Assembly (NCBI GenBank): GCA_030141605.1
Contig: JAQGDQ010000096.1
Span: forward strand, 496,001 to 560,000
Reading direction: 5' to 3'
DNA length: 64,000 nt
From: Tubiluchus corallicola
Lineage: Eukaryota; Animalia; Priapulida
Position 1 is the stretch's first letter; every line of letters begins with the position of its first letter. Under the pieces are notes generated by a model that worked only from the letters and a program-made list of their open reading frames with translations, made no database searches and was not told the origin of the DNA. Positions 48,741 to 63,743 of the stretch are shown here, in pieces. The position numbers were made by a program, and so were the translations under genes.

Positions 48741-50883
48741 AGAAATTTTCAAAATTCAGACCCGGTGAAATTCTTAGTGACAATGTAAATTAGGAGTAAA
48801 ATTGAATATCATTGCACTAAAAGTACTTTTGTTTAGTTCCAGGTATTTAGAGTAGAATACTGGTTAGTATTTAATTTTGCATATTGTGTATTGTAGCAAA
48901 AGGTAGCTATATACCTAACACTGCTTAAAATTTGTATGAAAAAGCACATAAAATAATTGTAATTTCTGCCTTTCAGTTCAGGCATTGAATACCTGTAGTT
49001 GAAACAAACAGCTAATCATAATTAATCTAAGTTTTTCTTGTGTGAGCCGTGATTGCACTGTGATAAGAAAAAAATGCATTTCCAGTTTTGATATAGTTTA
49101 TGTTTTGATAAAATGCACTGTATTTTCATAAGGCTGTTATACGAGATTGTGGAAATGGTAACTACTTGATTAATAAATTCTTTATCTTTGCGTTAAAATT
49201 TTTTATTGCTTTTTAAATTCATTCTGGATTTGTACACAATTTAATTAGCACTGCCACTTGTAAAAAGAAATCTAGTAAGAAAATCGTAAGGAGATTTATA
49301 CTACGGCTGCTGCTAACTCACTAATATTTACTATAGATGGCGACAGTATAGTATTTAATGTTTCAGTATCATGCAAAACATACGGGTAACTATTGAACAT
49401 AAGAGAACTACACGAGGTAGTCGATTTATGAAATGAGATATTATTGAAAAATTTGTGGAAGGGTTGAATAATGGGTTCGTTAGTGTTTTAGTTCCAGAAA
49501 AGAAACCAACATCCATTTCTGTGGATGTTGAGGTTCACTTCTCATCCCACCTGGAGGACATGCAGAACCAAAGTTTGGCATAACACATCCTTCTGTAAAT
49601 ACTGCAACAGTGTCTAGAAAACAAAGAACAAAAACGAACTGCATATTGTGCAAAAATTTATTAATGCAATAATTCACATTTCTACTCGTATTCAGAAACA
49701 CAAGTCACAGTGTTGCAGTACACTGCAAAAAAACATGATCAAGTGTAAACATACACCATCACCAACAACCATTATACATAAATAAACTCGCAATATCATA
49801 ATAATAATAATAATAGTTATATGACATCATCACAATAGCATTTAGGAAAAATGTGCAAAATAAGATAAAAGTAAACACAAACACAAATGACAGAAAAGGT
49901 AAGATTACAGAATCACTCACTAAAGCTTGTAAAAGTAAAAGTTTGTAAAAATATAACAGATCTGTCTCGAAAGTAAATTATTACAGAACTCTACAAAGAT
50001 CACAACCAATTACATCACTAGCCATGAAAAAAGAGCCTATTTTTATTATCTAATTAACAGGTACAATTTATGTCGTACAATAGTATGTACTTGACACTTA
50101 AAATAAATGATATATTTCATAATAATAATAATTACACAGTAAAATATCACGGAAATCTGTCTCAGGTTAAGAAAGCTGCCCAACTTTTGTATATTATGCA
50201 TGTTTTCATAAAAATTAGTTCAAGTATCTAGTTGTAACAATATTTCATACAGTTATTATGGGTCATATTAACAGCACGTACAATATTTAAAATAAATAAA
50301 CATAACATTGAAAAACAGAGTCATTAAAGAGTAAGTCAGAACAGCTGTTTGCACTGTAGGCAAAGCTTTTGTTAGAGTTGTTCCATTAAGGAAAAAGGAT
50401 TATGTCATACTAAAGTGAGAGTCATTCATTGTCCCTGAAAACCATGTAAATGTTAAAGGAATTTCTGTTGTGCAAAAGCATTGATTCCTATTATAATTTC
50501 ATGCATACACTAAATAAAATAGTGTAAATAGACCTGGTACTGAGTCTGATTATAAATAATTAATGCTAAATATTTGTAAACAGGTGTAATAACAACAAGT
50601 AACAAATGGAATGTCAATGACAGCGATTGTGCCATCATCACAATTAAATACAAAAAACATTTTACTTTCTTGGAAAATCTCTGCCTAATTAAAGTGGTGT
50701 GAAAATACGAATACGTTTTGGAATGTTGTACTTATCGTCTCGAATGTTTCGTACTTACAGCCTTGATTTGGACGGTTTATAATAGCTAAGGACGAGTCTT
50801 CATGTCAAAGGCACAAATGAATAATGTATAACTAACATAAAAGTTTCTATCAAAATTGAACTTAAAAAATGGTAGAAAAACTA

Positions 50884-50963
50884 ACACTCTGATCAAGTGA
50901 CCATGTCCACTGCCCTGATCAAGTCACCACATCCAGCACTCTGATTAATTGAGTATGTCCACT
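50884..50963. repeat. Degenerate 26-bp tandem repeat, ~3 copies
   Basis: CTGAT recurs at 50889, 50915 and 50941 within ACACTCTGATCAAGTGACCATGTCCA-like units. Confidence 0.75.
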
Positions 50964-50983
50964 ACCTCGCTGTTTCGAATATG

Positions 50984-51197
50984 CAGTCAAACCTCTTTAT
51001 ACTGCCTCACTTGGATTCCAAAAAGAGTTGGCATTAAGCGAGCTTGGCATCATAACGAGGTGCTTTAATACATTTTGCAATGTAATTATGTAAAATGTAC
51101 ATGAATCAATGCAATTACAGACATTTTGTTTTCTCAAAAATATGGATGCTAGTCAATGTTGGTATTATAAAGAGAGCATTATAACGAGGTTTGACCG
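50984..51197. mobile_element. Tc1/pogo(Tigger)-type MITE, 214 bp
   Basis: CAGTCAAACCTCTTTATA ... TATAACGAGGTTTGACCG|TA: ~18-bp TIRs, internal ATAACGAGG repeats, homologous to 21126-21212. Confidence 0.8.
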
Positions 51198-54100
51198 TAT
51201 GGATTGGCTACATAATGGATGGACTTTTAATGTTGGCACTGGAAATTGGACACACTCCAATTTGTGTTGGGTGGCTTAGCATTTGGATAACATTTTAAAA
51301 ATACTTCAGATCAAAATGGCTGACACGAAAGCACAGATTTTGTACTACTATACACAAAAATCTGAGAATCAGATAAAAGTGAATAGTTATTTCACACGAG
51401 TTATGAAATGTCCCAACAATCGTCTGATATTAAATAATCAAAATGGTGATATACAGATTAAGCTATTATTAAACATTACATTATAGTTCACAAATAACTT
51501 TTCATTTAACTTAAGCTGCATCAGATTTTTTAACACACCTGAATATGAACGTTTTTGATCCACAATATTTTCAGTCATGATTTCTGGGATCAATATACAC
51601 AAGAAATTTAATAATAATTTAATCTAAACAGCAAGAGGGGATAATAATACCAGGGGTATTTTGATTATCAGCAGTAATGGTGGACTCCGTGAATGGAGTT
51701 TTCTTTTTGAGTCAACAATTATAAAAGCAGGCACGATATACGCATTACTAAACATTTGAAGCAAAGAAACAGTTCATAATTATACTATATTTTGGATGTC
51801 TTGGAACATTTTACTTTTATAACAGTTCACTCCAACTACTCTGAACAAAATTTCTCTATTTCACAATAACATCAGTTCTACGGTAGCATAGTTTAAAAAA
51901 TTACCGAAATCGCAACAATATTGATGGGCATGAATAAAATGCCAGATTGCTGCTTACAAAGATACACTAAGTGACCCTTAGCTATTTAAGCTATATTTCA
52001 GACAACCAATCAGCTACTTGTTCCTCCACTGTACAAATATAATAATAAGTACATTGATTGTTTTACTTTTGGCCGCTTTCTAGTGTTCCCCAAATAAAGT
52101 CTCTTCCATGAATAAATTAGGCCAAATGAGAAGCAAACATGTTACGCAAAAATGTGAAGTTGGCCATGCAGTATTGTAATATTGTAAGTTACCGTAAGTG
52201 CATATAGTATAATTTCTTAAGCTAGTCACAGATGATTACCCCACTGTTTTTAGTAACATAATTCAAAGAGTTAGTCAGAAAACATATATATGATTAGCTA
52301 TGCAGTGCTTAACAACATGCGTTAAGCTAGTGTTAGTACTGTGCAAACAATCGACAAAACATGCATATGTTATGGACGGTTATTTTTATGTGCTTTTGGA
52401 CATATCGTAAAAGTGAAAACGACTATAAAACTATATCTCTACAATGCAAGTGCACGCAAGAAGCATGCTTCTAAAAGAAAATTTTTAGTATGACCGAATG
52501 TGTGAGTTCTTACACAAACCATGCCATCTATTTCCATATTCGAAATGCCAATTATTTTCTAATAATTATCAAGATTTTAACACAGGACCAGCATGCTTCT
52601 TACAAAAAACTGTATAATATTATTTCAATAAAACCGAGTTAAATATAAACCTTTAAATAACAGTACAATTAGCAAATATTTGAAGACAAAGTTAGGTAAC
52701 AGGACAAAATTTACATGAACAAAGACTCGTAACAGAAAACATGAGCAAATAACTGTGCATATATGTTACTGATATCCAGCCCATCCATCTAGATCTAGCT
52801 TGCAGTGAGAGTCTACTGTGTGCTCAGTAGAAGTTGCTGTTATTACAAATATTCTAGTAAAAAGTACTGCAACATGCAAGGCAAACTTCTCTTTTTTATC
52901 AGCAGAGGGAGACACTCGCAACCCAGCAAAATGGCCGCCTTAGACCGCTAGCAGTACGGGAGTGCTGTAGCTTGATGGTGAGTAACTGCAAAACCAAATG
53001 AAAAACAAGAACTTGTAAATAGAGCAAAAAGCTGTCGACATAATCGCACAGCAGTGACAGAAAATTACAAATTCTTTACAACAGATAAAAAATAGAACTA
53101 CGATATTGTTGTTAATGTACAACTGCTAAGCTAGATCCGATTTCTCTCAAAAGATGGGGCTGATAACCTTGCTGATAATCCACTACATGGCGTAAAGTAT
53201 TGTAGGCGTGTCATACCTCACTGCATAATTAGTGTACATGCTATAACTAGAAAATAAAATAAAAAAGAATTATTGGCAATTGCTTGTTTGCAATAGAGAA
53301 ACAAAGAGTGCATGTATGTTGTTCTTAAGCTTGAAACCCAACACCAATGTTGTTGTTTAAGCGAAATAAATATAAGTGTTAGTGAGGATGTGAATTTATG
53401 GACCAAAATTGTTTCAAAAAGTGGAATAAGTTGCTGACAGTTACCTAGTAAATTATAAAATTATTTCACACTTGAAGAAATATGAAGACATGAAAGGGCA
53501 AACACAGTAACCATACAACTCCACTTGTCCTCTGTAGAAGGCTCTCGCTTATCTGTTTGCATTTTTGGAATCACCTCAAAATTTAAGGGAAAGAAAATGA
53601 AATGACCAAAATTTTCCAAGGAGGGCAGGTGCTAAATTACGATAGCTGAATAACTTAATTATAGTGACTCATTTACTACAGCCATTAACTAAATGCATGT
53701 TATTCTAAAAGTAAGATTTTCACAATGTTTTTTTAGATGCTTGCTGTCACAAATCAGCAAATTATACTTATGCCACCCACCAAGAATGATGTTAATTCAA
53801 ACACTGTGTAAATCAGCATCAAAATTAGAATGATACATGTAAAAACATGCCATTATGTAGCAGAGCACATGGCAATAAATATGCTTTCAGGCAATAAAAC
53901 TCATGCAGCATGCATGTAAATGGAACATCCCAACGGGTTTTTGTGGAGTGCAAAAATATCACACTAAATCTGTTTCGAAGTGCCTAAAAAATATACCGCT
54001 GTACAGAAGCTAGGAGCAGATTATTATTCAAATGCGCAATCTGAGATCAGATTTCAGCGTTTCTTCTATGGAAGGACTGCAATTTCAGTTAAACTAAATA

Positions 54101-55127
54101 TTGTCCGATTCACTATTTAAGTAGTAATCTCAACGGCATGCATGGAATATATTAGGAGTTTTAATTAAAGACAAATTTAGCTGCAAAAGTTTGCAGTGGA
54201 TTTAAAAACAAAAGAAACAAAAAATGGTCAGCTTAAGTACTAATGCTTGTTTCGTATGCAAGCTTTTAGGTGACAGAAGATACAAATATGTTAGTAACAC
54301 AAAATAGGGGTCATCTGTTACTTAAAATGTGACACAGAGATAATAGAGCAGAATAAGGAGATAAATTAATATTTATACATGTTAAAACAGACAAGACAAC
54401 GAATAAAAGAAAAAGTAGTGATAATGATTATATACACACACATGATCGCACACACGCACACATACACACGATGCTATCATAAAGTAACAACGCAATAATA
54501 ATCAGGCTGAGGAAAATGTTATCACAGGATATCCATCACCACTTGTCGCACTTCTAGGCAAACACTGAAAACCTACTATCTATCTACTTAGAAGCTTCTA
54601 TACTACCTACTACACACAACAACTTTGCCAATCAAAACCGATTCATAAATCATCCATTCAGTTAACGCTATTAAAATACCAAATACAAATCTCTGCTAGT
54701 GTTTAAAACTATTGTAAAAACTGAGTGATTATGCACAAATAGCTGTTATGATTACATTTATAATTATGAACCACCAAGTGATTAGTTAATAGCGGCTGTT
54801 AGACTTTTAGAGTGCTCTGACATAGAAAACAAACACCAAACATTGCTATGCTGAAACCCAAAAAAAAACAGTGGTCCTGAGATTGGTCAAGAATGTAAAA
54901 AATACTGAAAGAATGAAATTCAAAGCTGGACTGATATAAAAAGAATGCATAACAGTGCAGAGGAGACTAACAAATTGGCACGACTTAACAAATCATGTCA
55001 AAACATCTTAAATAACACTATAAAGTAAAAGCAGCAAGGCACAACACAGTGCTTTCTAAACAGAAATCAAGAGATTTCACAAGTTTCCTTGGCAACAATT
55101 GCCACATCAACAACATGAACAGCCCCT

Positions 55128-58100
55128 TCACCAACGACATAGACCCTCATACCATCTAGGTGCTCGGCCGCGGAAGTACTGCTCAGCTGCAAACTGGCAC
55201 AAGCAGTAGGCGTTCCGTACGTGTTGTGGCTTCGGACGGCATGTCACGTCAATTGCAGCACTAGGAAAATTGAGCAGATCTCGAGCCAGGCTCTTCAAAT
55301 AATGCTGAGAAAAGCGTAAAATTGTTTTCTCTGCTTTGATCTGTAAATTAAAATTTACAGTAAGCATGATCATTGTACATTGTACCTACATAAGACGATC
55401 AACTGAACAAAATGTTTAGATTTTAAAAATGGTCACAACTGCACACAAACTTTAGTGATTGTGATTTTATTTATAGACAGCACAATTTGTGTAACTAATG
55501 TGAATGTATCAACCAAATAATTTTCCTTTAATTTTCCTTTTGCACTTGATTTGCTGTAGTATAATTCAATTTCTACATCATCACCAACCGTGGTCAAGGA
55601 AAATGCATAAATTAATTTAACGTGAAGCATGATTACATAATAACTTATTACAATAAAGTAGCTAATTAACTAATTAATTATGTTCATTATTTTACCATTC
55701 TTTGAGTGTGTGTCATGTTAGTCGCAGCTGCATTCCCCATTATTGCTTCCGTATCAGCCTCCAGCGTTGTAGCGGAAACCGCGCTACCGGCTACTGGGGT
55801 GATTGTCGTGTCCGTCGTATCGACAGATGAGTTTAGTGATCCCCCTTCCTGAGACTTGCTGCTTCTCTTTGACTATACACACCAACAAGCGAATCAACTC
55901 AAAATTAAATAGTTACGTTTTCGATTCTCTGATTAATGGCCAAGGCGATCCTTAAAACTCTAGACTGGGTACCCATGAAAAATCCAAAACAGCTTTCAAA
56001 ATTCAGGTCCAATATTTCTTATATGGACAGGACGGACTTTGGTAGTCCAGAAATTCAAGTTCCAAATCTGAATCTGAGCCTTGATTTGGATTATGCTCAG
56101 GATTTATTTTAACTGCTTCGGAACCGATTCAGTTCGGTAAAAAATTGTGAAACATTTACCATAAGTTATTTGTCAACTCACCACATGACTGACATTATTC
56201 ATTTAATAATAGTGACACAGCTTACACAAGTTTCAGTTATTGCGCTTTAGAACACAAAAGATATTTTAGCAAGGTTGTCTTTAATTTCCTTTTTACTTTC
56301 CAAAGTGTATTAATTTAGTTTCAAATACGAAAGTGCAGTCATGAAATATGCTAAAATTTCTCAGAATTTATTGTACGCATGAACAGTTTGCATAGTTTTC
56401 AAGATGGCAACAGATAAGAGAGCAAAGCACGCTTAACATGAAGTAAGGCAAAAACTAAATCTGAATTAATAAACTGTGTTTAGCAAGACCGTTATGTTTC
56501 AACAAAACTCTATCATTCATTGCAGCTAAATATTACTGCATTGATTCTAAGATGAATTGGCATTAAGTTACAAGATTCAGTTTCAATTTGGCATTGCAAA
56601 ATAAGCGAATTAAAGATTCGGGATCGTTTGGGTTTCGGAACCTGCAAAGTTGTGAGATTCGAATTAGATTCGGTTTTGGAAATTTAAGTTTCGTCCCATC
56701 CCAATTTCTTACTAATAAAAACTACTTACATAACAAATGCTATTCTGCACCGCAAAAGTTTCCCAACATTGAAAAAACATGTTAGTGGCCATTAAATGAT
56801 GAACAACTGATTGAAGTAGATTATAAAAACAAAGTTACGTTATAAAAAATAATTTCTCTACAAAATTATATTAGATACGCCAAAACGAATGTGTAACCAT
56901 CTTCTGACGCACTCCTTACAAAGTTATGCTCTCTTTGCTGTGTTTTTGAATGCCCATAACACACACACAGCATTAACACTTATAAAACGTTAGTGTAATG
57001 AATTTCATCACATTCTTATACCGTTGCTATCACAACTCAAGATTTGATGCCTAGTACCAAGCGAGACACTTATTATGGATGACACACACACACTGTAGCT
57101 ATAAACAAAATGCAGCAGGAATGGTGGTTTAGTGAACTTACATATTTAATGCTACTCGTTTCAGAACCGGAAACTGAGCCCCCGTGTTTCCCTTTCTTTT
57201 TCTTCAGTTCATCTTCGAGCAAAAGTTGACAGAACTGAGTCTACAAAGAAACAGAAAATATGGGAATTTAACATGAATGTCTCTAAAAGCGGCTTGAACA
57301 CAAATGTCCTTAAAACAACTTGAACACGAAATAAAAAAGAACATTTTATATAAGCTTGTATCATTACACTACAAAAAAATTGGAATTACAAATAGAAATA
57401 CAAATACGGTTACAAAAAATTGTGCCATAAGATGTCAATTGAAAAGGTTTAGAATTTTTCAGTTGTTAGAACGAATTTCGGAAAAATTTGCGAAACTTGG
57501 TTTTATGTAGATCATATAAAAAGATATGGAAATTAAAAATGGATTATTTATTGATTACGAATAACTTTTAGTTGCTGATTATCAAGAAAATCTAACATTG
57601 TTCTGCTTGGTGACACTGAAATTTGAAGTAATCTGAATAATACATTGACATGACCTTCATAGGTACAAAGTCATACTACTGTCACTAGACAAGAAGTTAA
57701 AAAGCTTTTGGTGCTCTAATATAGTTATTTTAACAACTACAGCTTCAGAAGTAGACACATCTGACACATGAGCTTGAATACTGGGAAATGAAAACAGTTC
57801 ACAAAAAAGTTTTCAGGTTTGGTGAGCCACCAAACTGACAATCACACTTATTATGTTGCACCAACACTTTTATGATCGTGTAGTTGTTAAAATTCGTAAC
57901 CATTTCGCTTAGCATAATATACAAGTTCAAACTGAAAGCAACGACTGCCCAAGGCACTGAACAAGCACTTTTCCTTTGCAATCAATGTTACTAGACTATC
58001 AATAAACTTAATGTAGGCAAACGTATTTACTCAAGTAGGACCAAATTCTTTAATTCAAGAGATTCAAAACTGTTTATTCCACATCAACACAAATATAATA

Positions 58101-61100
58101 AATGCATTAAAAGAAACAAAAAGTTTTCAATAATTCAGTGGTTAACAAACATTAAGATATCTCAAAAAGCAAATTTTGAGAAAAAACTGATTAGCTACCC
58201 ACTTAAATGATTTGTGTTGCAGGGCATTAAAGAAGCCAAGCTTGTAAAATGCCTTGATTGTGAAATTTCAAGTAAGAGGTACATTCATATGTAAGTTTAA
58301 ATAAAAAAATAAAAGGAGAGGATGTAAACAAGCGAGTGAGGATGAGAATTTAATGATGACGATGAAATGGAAATAAACATTTATTTATTTATTTATGGAA
58401 ATAAATAGACAATTATACAAAATTAAATAACAATAAGAATATACATCTGCTCAAGATTGAATGATAAATCATGAATGTAGACAATTCTTATAAACGCTGA
58501 TAAAATGGAGAATTAAAACCCCCAAGTTTGATCTTCTGGTTACATTTTTATGACATTATGACATTGTCTCATTACGTGTGATAATGTAATTTATTACGTG
58601 TAGAAGAAGCTGGTTTTCAGAGATTTTTTTCAACCTGTTTATACTAACGCTTTGTTTTGTAGTGATGTCTAGTATATTCCAGAGTTTAGCATCTTGAAAA
58701 GTAAAAATTCAAGATTAAAACAAAATTATAATTCAAGATTATAAATGGCAAACATGTCACACAGGTTAAACCAAGCGTTGAGTTTTATTTTGCTGTTCTT
58801 ACACTATGCGAATCAATGTTCTCGCTATTATACAAGACGTTAATTAGTGTAAATTTAATCAATACTTACCACGCAGTCCCGAATGTCATAATAATAGAAG
58901 TGCAGCTGCAGGTGCAGTTAAGGAAAGCAGGTAAATCAAAACTATAGACTGTACAGTAGCACACCAACACTGCTGACTGTGTTTATGACATTAAATAATG
59001 ATTACTAAAAAAATTAAGAGATATTGATATGCTCTCAAGATAATTGCTTGAAGAAATTTTCAGAGGTTCTAATCAAATTCATGCAAATCAAAGTATTCAA
59101 AAATAATTGCAAGTGATTTAGAATCAACTCCATGCTGGAGCTGCAGCTGTGGATATTAAATACAATTTACTAGGCTACAGCAAGTGCTCTGCTCTACTAT
59201 TTTCATTCATATGCCAATACATAAATCATCAATAAGACCACACTAGATCAGCACCCTTCATTTAGTGTATGACTACTATCTGATAAAAATAATATATATT
59301 AGACATTTTGCTTCAAAACAGCCATCTTATAGGGCTTTCATGTGTGAAGTAATAATAGTAAACTCTATTTTGTATCGAAGATACAATACATCATAAAACA
59401 AAATACAATAAAATTACAACACAGTAAAGTTCACATCAAAGGTAAACTACAATATATACAAGTTTGTTATTTTATTGAAGGTTTCTGGTATTTAGAGCCT
59501 TATAAAATTCATTTTCTACTAGACGTTTTACATTAATACAAGATGAGTTCCGCGGTGTCTTAGAATTCGTATGCATGGATTGACGAGATTTATTAATATA
59601 GCTATCTAGGTGATACATAAGACTTTCATAGAATGTAAGTTTTCTTATATCAATTAAATAGTTCAGTGGTATTGTAATACAGAAGTTTTGGAGTTATCTA
59701 ACAATCTCATTTTTTCCTTGTGTGTTAAAAAAAATATGGGATTAAAATAGACCAGAATCAGTAATGATCCAAGACGAATAAAAGGATACCATGATTTTAT
59801 GGCAGGACAAGCGTCCTTTGTCTTCCATACACATCAGCAGATTGTGTTTTGCTAGCGTCTGATTGGCGGCTGACACCGCGTCGTCTAGGTTACGGTCCCA
59901 CTGAAAATAAAACAAACTGACTCATCTAACTTGAGTTCACTCAGCATAAAAGTTTAGCTGAAATACTAAAAATCAACTCATCGACTTCAATGAGACCATC
60001 CCTTTAGATAACTTCAGCACATAATGGGGTAATATGCAAGGGTTAACTTAGAGTAGAACGTCAACAGTAGTGAAAATACAGACTGTTCATATAGCATAGT
60101 TCTGTAGTTTTGTTAAAGTTCTGCTCACATATATTATACATATTAGCATACAAATGGCCAGCACTTGTAATTTGTAATTTATTATCCACCTCAGGATATA
60201 ATTTTACATTAGAGTTTCCGTTATTGTCTTATAATTATTGTGTGATATAACTAAGAAAAGAGATCAAATACAATTACAACAAACCTATATTAATATAATT
60301 ACTAAACTACATAATAGTTTATCAACCAGAAATATATGCTGCGAGGCGGTCGAAAAGTAAAGACTGTGAAACCACCATGAAAAGTGCAAAAAATTGTTTA
60401 GTTAACAAGAAAAAGAGTTTATAGAAAAACAGAGAATAGTAAAGATAAAGCAATAGAGTAAAATAGAGAAAAAGAGAAGGGAAATAAAACAGAAAGGAGG
60501 TCAGCAGAGACATGCGAGGTAAAAGTAGGAAATTATGAGCAGTACAATAACCAGTTGCTCTATGCTTTACACCATTTATAAAAATATATGTGACCACGTA
60601 ACTGATGCAGTGGGTTTACACAGTTTATTTATATACCAATAAAAAAGGACAGCTTAACTTAACTTAAATGACTTGGCTTAAATGAGAAACAAAGTTAAAT
60701 ATTGGTAACCCATTCTGGTTTTATCCCACCCAACAATTGGAGAAAATTTCTACCAAATAAAAAAATTCTAACAATTCTAGCAATTCTAAAAATTTAATTT
60801 CTCCTTACAACATTTTTTAAATTCATATCTGTACAAAAATAGCATACAACTTGCTTAATATCATTTTGTCATTTAAAGACTACTTTATTTTAATAATATT
60901 TGTAGTAGATGGCAGCACCTATGCTGCAAGCAAATATAACATTATCCACAATGTGGTGACATCTGTTGGCAAAAAAGAAGTTTTTTATGCTACTGCTCAT
61001 TTAAGGTTTTGCTGTGTTAAAAGGCTTTCTAGAATTTTTCTCAACTGCTATTTATAGTAAAGCATCCCTAATATTTACTGCCACTTATGACGCTTACAAC

Positions 61101-63312
61101 CTTCACACACATTGTAAAATGCTGAACTGTATCAACAACAACACCTTTCAGCTACGAATGCTTGAATGAGATTTGACTCATCCAGTTATAGGTACAATAA
61201 TGCGGCTAGAGTTCCTGTTACTGCAGCTAAACGCTCCCATTCAATGCAAAATCGGTCAAGCATTACCTACTCGGTCACTGAAGAAAGAATAGTTGCCATA
61301 AGCAAGCAGGAGCAACTTAGCAGTTGTGAACAGTAGCTTTCACTATAATTTAATGGATAATTGATTATTTTATGATAAGAAGGATTCGGGTACAAAACAT
61401 GAGAAATCAGTTTATCTCATTCTAGCTGTCTTTCAGTTTCTCAAACCAGTTTTAAATGAGTTGAACCTGGTCTCTGTAGGAAGGGAATAAAGTGTCATGC
61501 ATGGGAATTATTGTAATTATTCACAGTTGCTGTGTGAAGGCATGCAAGATAACAACGCATTAAAAACAAATGAACAGTTTTACGACAAGCGTAGTAATTT
61601 AGCACAAGTACAGTGACCACCACTGTATACAGCCAACCCAACAGGAATGATTACAAGAGACTGTTTTTGCACACTTAATACCTGTTGCGTAACTATCATA
61701 ATAGTTTGACTAGTTGAAATATGCGAAAACAAGGACGTGGAAAGTACTTCAGAAATGTTGCACACGGCAATCGGGTTATAGCACTTTGGCATTGGAAAAA
61801 TTGTAAAATCCATAAAAGCGTACCTGATAGAAACAACCTTAGGTATACCTTAGTTTTTGAAAAAGAAGTTCTAATGGAAAAAAAAACATCAAGATAATAA
61901 TGGATCCACCACAACTAACAAATAAGCTTCAATAAGACACTAGTGAACTAATGGATCTGCCAAAACTGAAATGATTTAGCATCACGTGTGTGGCACAGTG
62001 TGCCAATTAAAATATTATTATTAGACATTAGAGTAAGAACTGCAGAACTTGATCTACTCCAGTCAGTTTTCAAGAATTTTCTCCACTATTTGCAAAGATG
62101 CAAAGCTTAATCTTCATACATAATACCAAGGGTAGGATGCTGTACATTGTGCAGGGTATTTCCCAGGTCATAAACCAAGGTGAGATTTCGCAGGCAATAT
62201 AACTTTTCACGTCATAAAACCATAAGTCCATAACCACACAATATAATTTCTAAGAAGCAGTAATTTGTATCTTATGTACAAATGAGTGCTATTTATAAAT
62301 ATGAACATACATTTTTTCATATTGCGCTGAACAAATAACAATAATTAGTTTGATTTCCACATAGTTTACCTTTCGTTTCAAGAACAGGCACACAATTATC
62401 CCCACAGCATTTACGACTAGCCACACAACTCCAACAGCAAAGAGATTCAGGCCTTTAAAAAACACAAAATAAACTCAATTGTCAAGTAGGATAAAGTGTT
62501 AACAGTACAGAATTCAGTCACCCAAGGAGCAATAATAACCAGTGATATAAAATTCCGAAAATATATCACAAAACATCCCAAATGGCTTTAGTCATTAATT
62601 TTTTACTTCAATTATTTAATTCTAGTGAAAAATTTTACAATTATGAGCTTCTAATAGTGCACATTATTGACATTATTCAGAGTTAAACCAAGGTACAGTT
62701 GTCAATGATCAATAACTAAGAAATGCGCAGTGTTTTCTTACCAATAATCCGTGTAGCTTACATAAGCATGCCTACATGTAACTTTACTCTAATGTACAGT
62801 TATTTGTGGTAATGAATGATGGCTATTCAATAATTCACAAGGCATTTGTATTACCTAGGCTGCTGCTGATGTCACAGCAGTGAATGACGCAAAATTTAAA
62901 CTTGTCGTATCATCCACATTTTCAAAATATAGTAATCTATTCTATTAAACAGTATAATGAATTCCTCAGCAAGTTTTGCAACCTTTTCCACTCCAATATG
63001 TAGGCAAAAACAACTACAAAAACACTGCCTAATTAACATCTTTCTTAGTTTATATTACTGTTTCAGTGGTTGTAAACACAAGTTTCCGCATCATTCAATG
63101 CAACTAGAAATGACGCAAAAGATTTTTACACAGAAATATTTTTAGAAAATGTCGCATATACCTTTTAATCCAGAAAAAATGAGAGCGAATAACACAACAA
63201 AACTGAAAAGTAACCAGATGACGATGATGCGTCGATAGCACATGGAATAGATGCCAAACCGATGATCATTGACGAGGAATGACACAGCCATTGAGAAACT
63301 GTCACGACCCAA
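55128..63312 (-). CDS. TMEM268: TMEM268 (C9orf91)-like two-TM membrane protein, last 7 exons (289 aa visible; 5' exons lie beyond the window)
   Basis: Exons: 63312-63162 (LGRDSFSMAVSFLVNDHRFGIYSMCYRRIIVIWLLFSFVVLFALIFSGLK), 62452-62370 (GLNLFAVGVVWLVVNAVGIIVCLFLKRK), 59900-59790 (WDRNLDDAVSAANQTLAKHNLLMCMEDKGRLSCHKIM), 58905-58870 (LHFYYYDIRDCV), 57240-57142, 55872-55696, and 55340-55128 (IKAEKTILRFSQHYL..HVRNAYCLCQFAAE..*). All junctions are GT-AG and phase-consistent. The motifs match recalled TMEM268-family sequences. Confidence 0.87.
55960..56705. mobile_element. Possible degraded non-autonomous DNA transposon with GATTC/GAATC subterminal repeats
   Basis: The right end GATTCGAATTAGATTCGGTTTTGGAAATTTAAGTTTCGTCCCATCCC is partly mirrored by TTCCAAATCTGAATCTG and AATCCAAAAC near 55980-56075. 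The left TIR and TSD are not clear. Confidence 0.35.
58379..58707 (-). mobile_element. 3'-end fragment of an L2/CR1-group LINE with (TAAA)n tail
   Basis: The minus strand encodes FTFQDAKLWNILDITTKQSVSINRLKK/LKTSFF, the typical ORF2 end LWNxLP..FKxxLK. The tail ATAAATAAATAAATAAAT lies at 58379-58396. Confidence 0.65.
61209..61280 (+). mobile_element. Possible hAT transposase dimerization-domain relic
   Basis: VPVTAAKRSHSMQN/VKHYL resembles PVTxAxxERSFSxLKxVKxYL. It is short and frameshifted. Confidence 0.3.
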
Positions 63313-63683
63313 CTAAAAGCAAACAGCAAATGCACATTCATGATGACACAACAGTAAAGCATTGTAAAGGAAAGAAATTCAACAAAGGATAAAGTAGACG
63401 GTCCTTGAGACAAGTTTATGAAAACAAAATTTGATTCAAGGAACCTTGCAGTTTTCTTACATAGGTAAGAAATTTCACACAATCAAGCAATCAATGGCAG
63501 GCACTAACTTAAAATGGATGGTAATGGTCAAACTAGAATCTAGCTCAATATCAAGGATGATCATCTAAAATGAGACACTGAAACAACAGACATGCCTCAG
63601 CTATGTTTGTATTTGTATGGGAACACATTCTCCTTCTATAAGGTAAATAGCCAGAATCAGTATGGCAAATGAAACCAGTGAAA

Positions 63684-63743
63684 GCCAGTATTAACCCAGC
63701 GGTCACCCACCCATTCAATGACTAGATGACATTGCTTAGCTTC
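63684..63743 (-). mobile_element. 5S-rRNA-derived (SINE3-like) fragment
   Basis: Minus strand GAAGCTAAGCAATGTCATCTAGTCATTGAATGGGTGGGTGACCGCTGGGTTAATACTGGC resembles 5S GAAGCTAAGCA..TGGATGGGAGACCGCCTGGGAATACC. Confidence 0.6.

Noticed and set aside
63165-63482. 105-aa minus-strand ORF as a stand-alone gene
   Set aside because: It overlaps a TMEM268 exon (63312-63162) that is read in a different frame.
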